From positions 95,874-159,873 of the forward strand of contig JAIPGM010000004.1 of NCBI GenBank assembly GCA_021735655.1: DNA of 64,000 nucleotides, in the 5' to 3' direction. Numbering within the stretch: the first letter of the stretch is position 1; every line of letters starts with the position of its first letter. Origin of the DNA: Candidatus Omnitrophota bacterium. Its GTDB lineage: Bacteria > Omnitrophota > Gorgyraeia > Duberdicusellales > 4484-171. Below are positions 37,559-49,769 of this stretch, piece by piece. A program made the translations under genes and the position numbers. The notes beneath the pieces were generated by a model. The model did no database searches. It saw only the letters and a program-made list of their open reading frames with translations, and was not told the origin of the DNA.

Positions 37559-38386
37559 TTAACGTATCTTTTTTATGATTCTTTCTAGGTCTTTTAAATT
37601 ATAATACTCAATAACTACCCTACCACGATTATTGCGTCGATTAAATATTTTAACTTTTGTCCCTAATACTTTTTGCAGCCGCTCCTCCACTTCAAGGCTA
37701 AAGGGATCCTGCGAATGCTTGCGATGAGAAGTAACTCTTACTTTTTTTTCTATTTCCCGAACCGAAAGCCCACCTTCTAGAATTTGCTGAAAAAGCTTTT
37801 CCTGTTTTTTTGGATTTTCGACCCCCAAAATTGATCTAGCTTGAGTTCGACTAATTGCTCCTGTTTCTAACGCTCGCTTTATTTTTGATGGTAACTTTAA
37901 TAGACGTAAAGCATTCACAACCGTGGTTTTATTTTTACCAACAAACTTAGCAATATCTTCTAGAGAAAAACTATACTCATCCATTAAACGCTTGAAAGCG
38001 CTTGCCTCTTCAACCGGATTTAAATTTTTCCGTTGTAGGTTTTCCACAATTGCCAAAACAAAAGCCTCTTTGTCGTCTACATCTTTAATTATAGTTGGTA
38101 TCTCTTTGAGCCCCAATGAGTTAGCTGCTTGGTACCGTCGTTCACCGGCCACAACTTCATAGCTATCATCCCCTTTCTTTCTAACCACGATCGGCTGAAT
38201 AAATCCTTTTTCTTTTATTGACGCCGCGAGTTCTTCCAGTTCTTCAGGATCTATTAATTTTCTCGGCTGGAATAGCGACGGTTTAATTTTATCAATTGGT
38301 AAATGAGTAAACTCTCGAGATAAAACATAATTAGCTTTCTTAGGAATAAGGGCATCAAGACCTCTGCCTAAAACTTTTCTTTCCAT
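37559..38386 (-). CDS. parB: Chromosome partitioning protein ParB/Spo0J
   Basis: 275 aa. ParB N-terminal box IQPIVVRK...EVVAGERRYQAA. HTH region. Confidence 0.85.
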   Translation of the reverse strand: MERKVLGRGLDALIPKKANYVLSREFTHLPIDKIKPSLFQPRKLIDPEELEELAASIKEKGFIQPIVVRKKGDDSYEVVAGERRYQAANSLGLKEIPTIIKDVDDKEAFVLAIVENLQRKNLNPVEEASAFKRLMDEYSFSLEDIAKFVGKNKTTVVNALRLLKLPSKIKRALETGAISRTQARSILGVENPKKQEKLFQQILEGGLSVREIEKKVRVTSHRKHSQDPFSLEVEERLQKVLGTKVKIFNRRNNRGRVVIEYYNLKDLERIIKKIR

Positions 38387-38389
38387 CGA

Positions 38390-39181
38390 TTAACTCCTCT
38401 CTTTGGCTAATTGCCCAGACGTAATATTATTTTTTATAACCTCTTGGCTCACTTTAAGATATGACTGTGAGCCTACACAAGTTTTATCGTAAGACGAAAT
38501 TGGTTTACCAAAGCTAGGTGCTTCAGCAAGCTTTACATTGCGCGGGACAATAACAGCGAAAACTTTTTGTTGAAAATATCTTCTTACCTCCTCTATCACC
38601 TGCAAGGTAAGCCGAGTTCTGAAATCAGCCATGGTCAAGAGAATGCCTTCTATCTCTAGATTGGGATTCAGACGCTTTTGAACTAACTCCACCGTATTGA
38701 CCAATTTAGAAACTCCTTCTAAGGCATAATATTCACATTGTATAGGAACAATAATGCTATCAGAAGCAGTTAGAATGTTGACTGTGAGCAACCCCAACGA
38801 CGGCGGAGCATCGATAACAATAAAAGAAAAACTGTCTTTTATTGGCTCCAAAGCCTCGCGCAAGAGAAGTTCGCGCCCAGGGATATTAACTAACTCGATC
38901 TCTCCCCCGCTTAGCGAAATATTTGAAGGGATAATATCTAATTTATTATACTGAGTGGGGTAGATGCTTTCTTCTATTGGCACCTTCCCAGAAATAACAT
39001 CATAAATAGAATTTTTTCCCTCGGCTTCAACTCCAACCCCCGAAGTAGCATTACCCTGGGGGTCCATATCAATCAAAAGAGTCTTTTGATCTTCTAAACC
39101 AAGATAAGCACTAAGATTAATAGCGGTAGTGGTCTTAGCAGTTCCGCCCTTCTGATTACAAATTCCGATTATTTTACCCAT
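38390..39181 (-). CDS. parA: Chromosome partitioning ATPase ParA/Soj
   Basis: 263 aa. Deviant Walker A ICNQKGGTAKTTTAINLS. Confidence 0.9.
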   Translation of the reverse strand: MGKIIGICNQKGGTAKTTTAINLSAYLGLEDQKTLLIDMDPQGNATSGVGVEAEGKNSIYDVISGKVPIEESIYPTQYNKLDIIPSNISLSGGEIELVNIPGRELLLREALEPIKDSFSFIVIDAPPSLGLLTVNILTASDSIIVPIQCEYYALEGVSKLVNTVELVQKRLNPNLEIEGILLTMADFRTRLTLQVIEEVRRYFQQKVFAVIVPRNVKLAEAPSFGKPISSYDKTCVGSQSYLKVSQEVIKNNITSGQLAKERS

Positions 39182-39191
39182 ATCAAATTTT

Positions 39192-39493
39192 ACGTTTTCA
39201 CGTGGAAACGCTTGAGCTAACCCTATCTACGATAGTAAGATCGAGAAAATAAAATGATATTACTATTTTAAATAGCTGATCTCCTACTGTCAAGGCTTTT
39301 GTTATATTTTTGCTTTTTAGCTAATTGACTTTGCGTTTTCACGTGGAAACGAATTATCTATCTACCTGCTTTTTCAAACAAGCGTTTCCACGTGGAAACA
39401 ATAAAGGCTATTTTTATGTCATATTGGATTATGAATGCTGGTTCTTTAAAACCCTTTATTTTAAAGAGTTTTTTGCGTTTTCACGTGGAAACG
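39192..39493. promoter_or_regulatory. Four parS-like palindromic sites, GCGTTT(T/C)CACGTGGAAACG
   Basis: Copies at 39192..39210, 39333..39351, 39383..39400 (the perfect palindrome GTTTCCACGTGGAAAC) and 39475..39493. Resembles canonical parS tGTTTCACGTGAAACa. Immediately upstream of parA and ~2 kb from dnaA. Confidence 0.6.
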
Positions 39494-39509
39494 GCAAGAA
39501 AAATGGTGA

Positions 39510-40976
39510 TTAGCTAGCAAGAGAACATTTCAAGGGAGAGGTTTTAGAAATTCTCAATTGGTAAGCAAAGGTGAGTAAATTTTGTACAAACCAATACAGC
39601 ACTAATGCTGAAGGAAAATTATAAAAAATAACTCCCAAAAATACTGAAAAGAATAAACCCATTGATTTCTGTTCTGAGGAGCTAGACTTAGAAGTAGTAA
39701 CTTTCTGCTGTATCAACCCAACGATCATTATAAGAATCGGTAATATGTTAAGATAGTTTCCCAAAAATGGTATTTTAAAAGGTAAAGCGAAAGCTTTGTC
39801 CGGCAATGATAAGTCTTGAATCCAAAGGAAGGAAGCTCCTTTTAACTCAACAAAACGAAACAAAACCTGGTAAAGAGCAATAAAAATTGGAAACTGGAAA
39901 AATAACGGCAAGCATCCGCCAATAGGATTAACTTTGTGTTCTTTAAATAACGCTACTTGTTCTTTACTAAATTTTTGCGGATTATCTTTATACTTAACCT
40001 TCAAGGCTTCTAGCTCTGGTTGGATATCTTGCATTTTGCGCATGGCCTTTGTGCTTTTCATAGTAAAAGGGAATAAGCATCCATAGATAAACACAGCAAA
40101 GCCAATAATACTTAAACCCCAGTTTTTAGTCACCGAATAAAAAAAGTAGAGGAGTTTAATCATCATCATCCCGATAGCATGGAAGAACCCATAGTAAATA
40201 ATTCCTTGCAAGTCATACTCCTGCAACGACTTACTTGTCTGTGGCCCAACGTACATTGAAATTTGAGATTCTGGTGAAAGAAGTTGCAACTGGCCTTGCC
40301 CTGATTGGCCAACAGCCCACTCTATATCATAAGAACCCCTAAACAAAGAAAAACAATAATACCGCTCTCGACTGCCGGCAAAGGAGACATTGCGATAGGC
40401 TGCTGCCTTTAATTTTTTAGGATTAGTTCGCTTGATGCTCTGATCATGACTGTAAAAAATCTCCTGGTACCTTTGGTCTAACATACTGTCCTGCAGTATA
40501 TTATAAAATAAAACTATTGAAGATGGAGGAGTTGGCCCCAGCTTAATATCGAGCCTGTAGCGATCAAAAACAAATTCTTTTTCTGCCCCGTCCTGAGTTC
40601 TAAAAACAAGTGATCTTGGGCCGACCCAGGCTTCATATTTTTTGTCCTCATCACCAGGGGCAAAGCCAATCTTTCGAAAAGGTAAAACATTACTAGGATT
40701 ATCTATTGATATAGCCTCTATGTAACCTCCTGTGGTAGAATATGTTATGAATAAATTCTCAAACTGAGCCTGGGGCAATTCTTCAAGGGACGTTTGAACT
40801 TCAAGGTCAGTTTTTGGGTTTCTTTTATCTATTGGTATGTTTTCCGGCTCTTCGGTGGAGGCGATCTTTTGTTCCTGAGTTTCTGATAAAGGAGCTGGTG
40901 GAGGAGTCATAAAGCGACCCCAAACAAGAAGAAAAATTAAAGTTAAAAAAAATGCTAAAAAAAGCCGTTTTTCCAT
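39510..40976 (-). CDS. yidC: Membrane protein insertase YidC
   Basis: 488 aa. N-terminal TM, periplasmic domain, C-terminal 5-TM insertase core. Conserved synteny with yidD/rpmH. Confidence 0.85.
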   Translation of the reverse strand: MEKRLFLAFFLTLIFLLVWGRFMTPPPAPLSETQEQKIASTEEPENIPIDKRNPKTDLEVQTSLEELPQAQFENLFITYSTTGGYIEAISIDNPSNVLPFRKIGFAPGDEDKKYEAWVGPRSLVFRTQDGAEKEFVFDRYRLDIKLGPTPPSSIVLFYNILQDSMLDQRYQEIFYSHDQSIKRTNPKKLKAAAYRNVSFAGSRERYYCFSLFRGSYDIEWAVGQSGQGQLQLLSPESQISMYVGPQTSKSLQEYDLQGIIYYGFFHAIGMMMIKLLYFFYSVTKNWGLSIIGFAVFIYGCLFPFTMKSTKAMRKMQDIQPELEALKVKYKDNPQKFSKEQVALFKEHKVNPIGGCLPLFFQFPIFIALYQVLFRFVELKGASFLWIQDLSLPDKAFALPFKIPFLGNYLNILPILIMIVGLIQQKVTTSKSSSSEQKSMGLFFSVFLGVIFYNFPSALVLYWFVQNLLTFAYQLRISKTSPLKCSLAS

Positions 40977-40979
40977 TTT

Positions 40980-41186
40980 TTACCTTAAGGGATCATGCCC
41001 TCCCCTCACAAAAGGGTTGCAGCGTAAAATCCGTAAAAAAGTAAGTCTAAGCGCCTCTAAAAAAGAGTATTTCAAGAAAGCCTTCCGGGCATATTCCGAG
41101 CAAGTGGGGCTATATAAACAACTGTGCGGCAAGAGATAAGAGATCCGACGATAAAACGATATCAACCAAAGTGCAAGGGACCTCAT
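40980..41186 (-). CDS. yidD: Membrane protein insertion efficiency factor YidD
   Basis: 68 aa. LLPHSCLYSPTCSEYARKAF matches YidD PxCRFxPTCSxY. Confidence 0.8.
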   Translation of the reverse strand: MRSLALWLISFYRRISYLLPHSCLYSPTCSEYARKAFLKYSFLEALRLTFLRILRCNPFVRGGHDPLR

Positions 41187-41320
41187 TTAGTCAATCTTTT
41201 CCGGCCCTTTTGCCTTCGTCGTTTAATAATTTTCTTGCCACCAGCACTAGCCGTTCTAGCTCTAAAGCCGTGCTTTCGTTTTCCTTTCAACTTTGTTGGT
41301 GTCTTTAAATTTTTCTTCAT
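41183..41320 (-). CDS. rpmH: 50S ribosomal protein L34 (not in the ORF track; below its size cutoff)
   Basis: Reverse-strand translation MKKNLKTPTKLKGKRKHGFRARTASAGGKKIIKRRRQKGRKRLTK, 45 aa. Near-consensus L34. The stop TGA overlaps the yidD ATG (ATGA). Confidence 0.85.
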   Translation of the reverse strand: MKKNLKTPTKLKGKRKHGFRARTASAGGKKIIKRRRQKGRKRLTK

Positions 41321-41444
41321 GCGTTCCTTGAGTCTCTCAAGAGTTAAGGTGATGATTTTAGCATATATCTTACTGGTGTCAACTACAAAAATGTTGCAAA
41401 GCTGATTTATTGCGGTATAATTATTTTCACTCCTAAAGACCCAT

Positions 41445-41475
41445 GTGGATAAGTTGTGGATTTTGTGGAATGGTG
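41445..41475 (-). promoter_or_regulatory. DnaA-box cluster upstream of dnaA
   Basis: tgtggataa at 41445..41453 is a perfect TTATCCACA on the reverse strand. Two degenerate same-orientation boxes follow: tgtggattt and tgtggaatg. Confidence 0.55.
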
Positions 41476-41509
41476 CGCTCTAACATAAAGCGGGAGAAGG
41501 ATTTTTGTC

Positions 41510-42844
41510 ATGGCCGATACGGTTTGGAAAACTTGTAAAGAACATCTAAAAAACACTCTTGGCGATACTTCTTTCAATACTTGGATTGCTCCTTTAGGTG
41601 TAAAAAAAATAACCCACCAATCGTTAATTTTGGAAGCCCCGGATGCTTTTTTTAAAAATTGGCTCGAGACAAATTATCTTAATCAAATACAACAAGCTTT
41701 AAAAGATACTGGCCAGGAAAATCTCGAAGTTATTTTTGAAGTGAACCCAAATCTTTTACAAAACAAAACTACTAAAATTTTTAAGACCATCCAAAAAAAT
41801 TTCCGCGAAGAACCGCAAGACTCTTTGCGCTTGAACCCGCGTTTTACTTTTGATAGTTTTATTATCGGGTCTTCAAACCGCATGGCCCATGCAGCTTCAT
41901 TGGCGGTCGCCAATGCCCCTGGGAAATCCTACAACCCTCTTTTTATTTACGGAGGAGTCGGTTTAGGAAAAACCCACACAATGCAAGCTATCGCCCAGCA
42001 CATTCTTTTATCGAAACAGGGGAAAAAGGTTAAATACACTTCTTCGGAAAAATTCACCAATGAACTTATTTTTTCTATTCGTAGTAGAGCCACAGAAAAA
42101 TTCCGCCATAAGTATCGAGAGATCGATGTCTTACTAATTGACGATATTCAATTCTTGGCCGGGAAAGAAGCCGCCCAAGAAGAGTTTTTCCACACCTTTA
42201 ATGTTTTATACGACTACCACAAACAAATCATCGTTTCCTCAGATAAACCACCCAAAGAAATACCCCGCCTGGAAGAGCGTTTAGTTTCTCGGTTTAATTG
42301 GGGGTTGGTGGTGGATATCCAACCACCAGACTTTGAGACTAGGGTGGCGATTTTAGAAAAAAAACTAGAAAAAGACCCAATAAAAATCGACCCTGATGTT
42401 ATTCACTTCATCGCTCAAAATATTACCTCAAATATAAGAGAATTGGAAGGGGCTTTGGTAAGAATTATTGCCTACTCTTTAATTGAAAATAAACCGATAA
42501 ATCTTGAGCTAGCAAAAGAAATCTTAAAAGATATGGTAAAAGAAATCTACAAACAAATAACCCCAAAAACAATTATCCTTGCGGTTAGTGAATATTTTGA
42601 CGCCTCACCGGAAGATTTGAAACGAGGCAAACGGAACAAAACTATCGTTAGGCCTCGACAGATCGCCATGTATTTAATTAGAGAATTAACCGAACTATCA
42701 TTGCCGGAAATTGGAAGTGTTTTTGGGTCGAAGCACCACACTACTGTCCTTTATGCTTGCAGGAAAGTAAAAGAAGATATTAAAAAAGATAAAAAACTTA
42801 AACTTACTATTAACACCCTTACACAGGAAATCAAAAGCATATAA
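41510..42844 (+). CDS. dnaA: Chromosomal replication initiator DnaA
   Basis: 444 aa. AAA+ Walker A GGVGLGKTH. Sensor and box motifs. C-terminal DnaA DNA-binding signature. Confidence 0.95.
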   Translation: MADTVWKTCKEHLKNTLGDTSFNTWIAPLGVKKITHQSLILEAPDAFFKNWLETNYLNQIQQALKDTGQENLEVIFEVNPNLLQNKTTKIFKTIQKNFREEPQDSLRLNPRFTFDSFIIGSSNRMAHAASLAVANAPGKSYNPLFIYGGVGLGKTHTMQAIAQHILLSKQGKKVKYTSSEKFTNELIFSIRSRATEKFRHKYREIDVLLIDDIQFLAGKEAAQEEFFHTFNVLYDYHKQIIVSSDKPPKEIPRLEERLVSRFNWGLVVDIQPPDFETRVAILEKKLEKDPIKIDPDVIHFIAQNITSNIRELEGALVRIIAYSLIENKPINLELAKEILKDMVKEIYKQITPKTIILAVSEYFDASPEDLKRGKRNKTIVRPRQIAMYLIRELTELSLPEIGSVFGSKHHTTVLYACRKVKEDIKKDKKLKLTINTLTQEIKSI

Positions 42845-42939
42845 AAAAATCGTGTGAACAATTTGTTTGTTTTTAGTTAGTAATTTGATACAATATCTAC
42901 TCGTTAACACTTTACACAAGGTATACTAATACTACTACT

Positions 42940-44037
42940 ATGAAGTTTAATATTAACAAAGAGGATTTAGTTGATAAACTACAAACGGTTCTTGGGCCAA
43001 CAACTACAAAACAAAATCTCCCTGTTCTTAGTAGTGTTTTGATAGTTGCTACCGAAGATAGTGTAACATTTACTACCACTGACCTAGATACAACAATAAT
43101 ATCCTCACAAAAAGTAAACGTTTCAGCTTCTGGGCGAATAGCTATACCAATGAAGCGATTTACCACCATTATTAGAGAATTACCGCCCCAAGAAATCACT
43201 ATTGAAGTTGTTAAAAATAACCTTTCAATAAGGTGTGGAAAAATTGAGTTTAAAATAAACACCTTAAACGCCGAAGAATTCCCTCAACCACCAGAAAACA
43301 AAAATACATCTTTAATAAAAATATTACCTCAAGAGTTAGAGGAAATGGTGAAACTAACTTCTTTTTCTGTTGGGTATGAAGATGTTAGTTATGTGTTGGG
43401 GGGTATTTTATTTGAAATCGAGAAAAACAAAATAAATTTAGTGGCAACCGACGGAAAAAGATTAGCCTTTTTTCAGAAATCACTACCAATTAATCAACCA
43501 GAACTAAAAACAAAAATTTCTTTTATTTTACCAATAAAAGCGGTTAATGAGTTATATAAACTCCTTAAAGAACAAAACGAAGAGATATATCTTTCAGTTG
43601 GGGGTAGTGGAGTTAGTTTTGATTTCAGAAACACTCAATTCATGGCTCGCTCTCTGGAAGGTGAATTTCCTGACTATTCACAATATATCCCTGCAAAAGG
43701 AAAAGATAATCTTGTTGTTGATCGGAAAAAACTTCTTTTTGCTTTACGAAGAGCAAATGTTCTTTCAACTCAAGACCACCAAGGGGTGAATTTAACCTTA
43801 AAGAAAGATAATTTAGTTATTTCAAAAACCACTCCTCAATTAGGCGAAGTAAAAGAAGAGTTAGAGGTTGAGTATGGTGGAGGTAGCCTTAATATCGGGT
43901 TCAACCCAACATATTTAATAGATGTTTTAAAAAATCTAGAAGACGAAACTATCTGCGTGAATTTTTCCGGGGACGATAAACCAGCGGTGTTAAGAAGGGA
44001 AGGATATGTTTATCTTCTCTTACCGATTAAGATTTAA
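42940..44037 (+). CDS. dnaN: DNA polymerase III beta sliding clamp
   Basis: 365 aa. Three-domain beta-clamp length. Immediately downstream of dnaA. Confidence 0.9.
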   Translation: MKFNINKEDLVDKLQTVLGPTTTKQNLPVLSSVLIVATEDSVTFTTTDLDTTIISSQKVNVSASGRIAIPMKRFTTIIRELPPQEITIEVVKNNLSIRCGKIEFKINTLNAEEFPQPPENKNTSLIKILPQELEEMVKLTSFSVGYEDVSYVLGGILFEIEKNKINLVATDGKRLAFFQKSLPINQPELKTKISFILPIKAVNELYKLLKEQNEEIYLSVGGSGVSFDFRNTQFMARSLEGEFPDYSQYIPAKGKDNLVVDRKKLLFALRRANVLSTQDHQGVNLTLKKDNLVISKTTPQLGEVKEELEVEYGGGSLNIGFNPTYLIDVLKNLEDETICVNFSGDDKPAVLRREGYVYLLLPIKI

Positions 44038-44039
44038 TT

Positions 44040-46669
<2,630 letters not shown>

Positions 46670-46684
46670 GGGGAATAAATTTTT

Positions 46685-49126
46685 ATGACCGAAAAGACAG
46701 GAAAAAGAATTATTACGAAATATCTCGAAGAGGAGATGCAGGAGTCTTACCTGTCTTATGCCATGAGCGTAATCGTCGGTCGGGCCCTCCCGGACATAAG
46801 GGATGGATTGAAACCGGTACAGCGGAGAATTCTTTATGCTATGCATGATTTGCATATTCGTCACAACACACCTCATAAAAAATGCGCTCGCATAGTTGGT
46901 GAATGTTTAGGTAAATATCATCCGCATGGCGACCTTTCGGTCTATGATGCTTTAGTGAGGATGGCTCAAAGTTTTTCTTTGCGCTATCCGCTAATCGACG
47001 GCCAAGGTAATTTCGGTTCAATCGACGGAGACCCGCCGGCAGCAATGCGCTATTCAGAAGCTAGGATGTCTCGGATCGCCGATACGATCCTTCAAGATAT
47101 AGACAAGAAGACAGTTAACTTTTTTCCTAACTTTGATAATTCGCTTAGCGAGCCAGAAGTTTTACCTTCGGTTTTACCGAATATGTTATTAAACGGGGCA
47201 AGCGGAATTGCCGTGGGCATGGCCACGAATATGCCACCACATAATCTAGGGGAAGTTTGTAACGCTCTTGAATATTTAATTGACCACCCTAGCGCATCAA
47301 TTAAAGAACTACATAAGTACATTAAGGGCCCGGATTTTCCCACCGGAGGAATTATTTGCGGCAGAACAGATATCCTTAATATGTACAAAGAAGGCCGTGG
47401 TAAGCTTACTGTGAGAGCTAAAACGACAGTTGAAATTCAGAAAAACCGAAGCCAAATAATAATTAGCGAGATTCCTTACCAACTGAACAAAACCACCTTG
47501 TTAGAGCAGATAGCCAATCTTATTAATACCAAAAGAGTGGAGGGTGTTTCTGATTTGCGCGATGAGTCGGACAAAGAGGGGATCAGAGTGGTAGTTGAGC
47601 TTAATCGCAATGGACAAGCCGATATAGTTTTAAACCGTCTTTATAAACATACCAGCATGGAAACAACCTACGGGGCAATTTTTTTATGTTTAGTGAATCG
47701 CCGGCCCCAAACTTTGAATCTTAAGGAAATGCTTTATCATCATATTCATTTTCGCAAGGAAGTGATTGTCCGAAGAACTAAGTTTGAACTCCAGCGGGCC
47801 GAGAGAAGGGCTCATATTTTAGAAGGGCTAAAGATTGCGCTTAAATTTCTTGATAAAGTGATTGAGATAATTAAAAAATCAAAAAATCCCCAAGAGGCGA
47901 AAGAATCTTTGATGAAAAGGTTTAAGCTTTCCGAAGTCCAAACTCAGGCGATCTTAGAAATGCAGCTACAACGACTTTGCGCTTTAGAGAGAAAGAAAAT
48001 TGATCAGGAATACTTAGAACTTTTGGAAAAAATAGAATATTTAAAATCAATACTTTCTTCGGAAAAAAAACAAGAGGACTTAATAAAAGAGGAATTAAAA
48101 GAGCTCAAGGAGAAATTCTCTGACCCTCGACGCACTGATATTGTTGCCCAAAAAGAGGAAATAGAGGTAGAGGATTTAATCGTCGAAGAAGAGATGGTGG
48201 TTACTATCAGCAAGGCTGGCTACATTAAGCGTATTCCTTTAAGTAATTATCGTCAGCAGCGACGCGGCGGCCGAGGGGTGACTGCTATGGCCATTTCCGA
48301 AGAGGATTTTGTGGAGCAACTTTTTGTTGCTTCCAGCAAAGATACGCTTTTGATTTTTACCGATGAAGGTAAGGCCTATCCTTTAAAAACTTATGAGGTG
48401 CCGCAGGGTTCAAGAACCTCTAAGGGCAGGGCTATCGTGAATGTTTTAAATTTAAATAGCAAAGAAAAAACTACAAACGTTTTGTCGATAAAAGACTTTG
48501 ATTCGAAGTCTTTTATTCTTATGGCTACTCAGAAGGGGATGGTCAAGAGAACTTCGCTAGAGCTTTTTGCCAATGCGCGTAGAAGTGGGATCATCGCCAT
48601 CAACATTGAGAAGGGAGACCGTCTTATCGGGGCCAATATCTCGCAGGAAAAAGATGAAGCAATTTTGGCAACCAAAAAAGGATTTTCAATACGCTTTGAG
48701 GTGAGCCAGGTGCGGCCGACTGGAAGACAGTCGCAAGGGGTTAGAGGCATAAAATTAACGAAGGACGATGAAGTTTTGGGAATGGTTTTGTTAGAAGCCT
48801 CCCTTAATAAGGAAGAGTTCTATCTACTTACTGCTACTGAAAATGGGTTTGCTAAGAGAACCCGTGTCCAGGAATATCGAGTCCAATCGCGCGGAGGTAA
48901 GGGCGTAACCAATATAAAACTGTCTTCTAAAATTGGGAAGGTAGAAGGATTGCTTTTGGTTAGGACCGATGACGAAGTCATGTGCATTACCCAGAAAGGA
49001 ATTCTTATTAGGTCTAAGGTCGGCGACATCAGGGCGTCTGGCCGCTCGACCCAGGGAGTTAAGATTATAAATCTTGAAAAGGGCGATAAGCTAGCGACTA
49101 CGGCCCGGATTATTCCTGAAAGCTAA
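46685..49126 (+). CDS. gyrA: DNA gyrase subunit A
   Basis: 813 aa. Active-site region [11 protein letters not shown] (Tyr). GyrA-box QRRGGRG. C-terminal beta-pinwheel repeats. Confidence 0.95.
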   Translation: MTEKTGKRIITKYLEEEMQESYLSYAMSVIVGRALPDIRDGLKPVQRRILYAMHDLHIRHNTPHKKCARIVGECLGKYHPHGDLSVYDALVRMAQSFSLRYPLIDGQGNFGSIDGDPPAAMRYSEARMSRIADTILQDIDKKTVNFFPNFDNSLSEPEVLPSVLPNMLLNGASGIAVGMATNMPPHNLGEVCNALEYLIDHPSASIKELHKYIKGPDFPTGGIICGRTDILNMYKEGRGKLTVRAKTTVEIQKNRSQIIISEIPYQLNKTTLLEQIANLINTKRVEGVSDLRDESDKEGIRVVVELNRNGQADIVLNRLYKHTSMETTYGAIFLCLVNRRPQTLNLKEMLYHHIHFRKEVIVRRTKFELQRAERRAHILEGLKIALKFLDKVIEIIKKSKNPQEAKESLMKRFKLSEVQTQAILEMQLQRLCALERKKIDQEYLELLEKIEYLKSILSSEKKQEDLIKEELKELKEKFSDPRRTDIVAQKEEIEVEDLIVEEEMVVTISKAGYIKRIPLSNYRQQRRGGRGVTAMAISEEDFVEQLFVASSKDTLLIFTDEGKAYPLKTYEVPQGSRTSKGRAIVNVLNLNSKEKTTNVLSIKDFDSKSFILMATQKGMVKRTSLELFANARRSGIIAINIEKGDRLIGANISQEKDEAILATKKGFSIRFEVSQVRPTGRQSQGVRGIKLTKDDEVLGMVLLEASLNKEEFYLLTATENGFAKRTRVQEYRVQSRGGKGVTNIKLSSKIGKVEGLLLVRTDDEVMCITQKGILIRSKVGDIRASGRSTQGVKIINLEKGDKLATTARIIPES

Positions 49127-49207
49127 AACTTGTTTACAGGGAGCCGTCTAGACGGCCTTGACAAAATAAATTAAAGAATTACAATAGGGACACTTTTTCA
49201 TTTAAAC

Positions 49208-49282
49208 GACCCCATCGTCTAGCCCGGCCCAGGACATCGCCCTTTCACGGCGACGACGCCGGTTCAAATCCGGCTGGGGTCG
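49208..49282 (+). tRNA. tRNA-Glu (TTC)
   Basis: GACCCCATCGTCTAGCCCGGCCCAGGACATCGCCCTTTCACGGCGACGACGCCGGTTCAAATCCGGCTGGGGTCG. Anticodon loop CTTTCAC. Followed by a T-run. Confidence 0.85.
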
Positions 49283-49301
49283 TTTTTTTATCAATTAGCA
49301 T

Positions 49302-49769
49302 ATGCAAAAAGAAACTCGGCCTCTCGGGGTATCAGTGTTAGGAGGAATTAACTTTTTTATTTTTGGGCTAGGGTCTTTGCTGGTGTTTAGTTATGTTTAT
49401 CTAAATAGCGGTTCAGAGAGCTTCAAAGATCTTTTAGCTGAAATGGGGAAATACCTTCCGGAAGCAAGCCTAAAAGAAGAGATGATAAAAAAAGCAATTT
49501 TAACACAAGTAGTCATAGCTTTAATTTTTACGCTTAGTGGTTGGGGGCTTTTGCAGCGTAAGGAAATTGCCAGGAAGGGCACTCTCTGGTTTGCTTTTTT
49601 GGCGGTCGCCATTACCTTCACGGCTTGTTTATTCAACCCGGCTATTATCGCTCAAGGATTTTTACAAATAATTTATCCGGGGGCTTTAATCGTTTATTTA
49701 ACCAACAAAAAGGTCGAAGAATATTTCAATAATTCTAAAAATATAGCTAACCAGGAGGCCCAGGACTAA
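49302..49769 (+). CDS. Hypothetical integral membrane protein
   Basis: 155 aa. 3-4 TM helices. No recognisable motif. Confidence 0.4.
   Translation: MQKETRPLGVSVLGGINFFIFGLGSLLVFSYVYLNSGSESFKDLLAEMGKYLPEASLKEEMIKKAILTQVVIALIFTLSGWGLLQRKEIARKGTLWFAFLAVAITFTACLFNPAIIAQGFLQIIYPGALIVYLTNKKVEEYFNNSKNIANQEAQD

Noticed and set aside
39325-39513. 62-aa plus-strand ORF in the parA-yidC spacer
   Set aside because: It overlaps the parS-like palindromes, and its translation is low-complexity. Non-coding regulatory DNA is more likely.
41124-41405. 93-aa plus-strand ORF
   Set aside because: Antisense to the well-supported rpmH/yidD genes; spurious.
42845-42939. DnaA boxes in the dnaA-dnaN spacer
   Set aside because: Only one 7/9 match (ttgttcaca). 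Not enough to call an oriC element.
49126-49769. glmS ribozyme upstream of glmS
   Set aside because: glmS starts by overlapping the preceding ORF stop. There is no leader long enough for a ribozyme.
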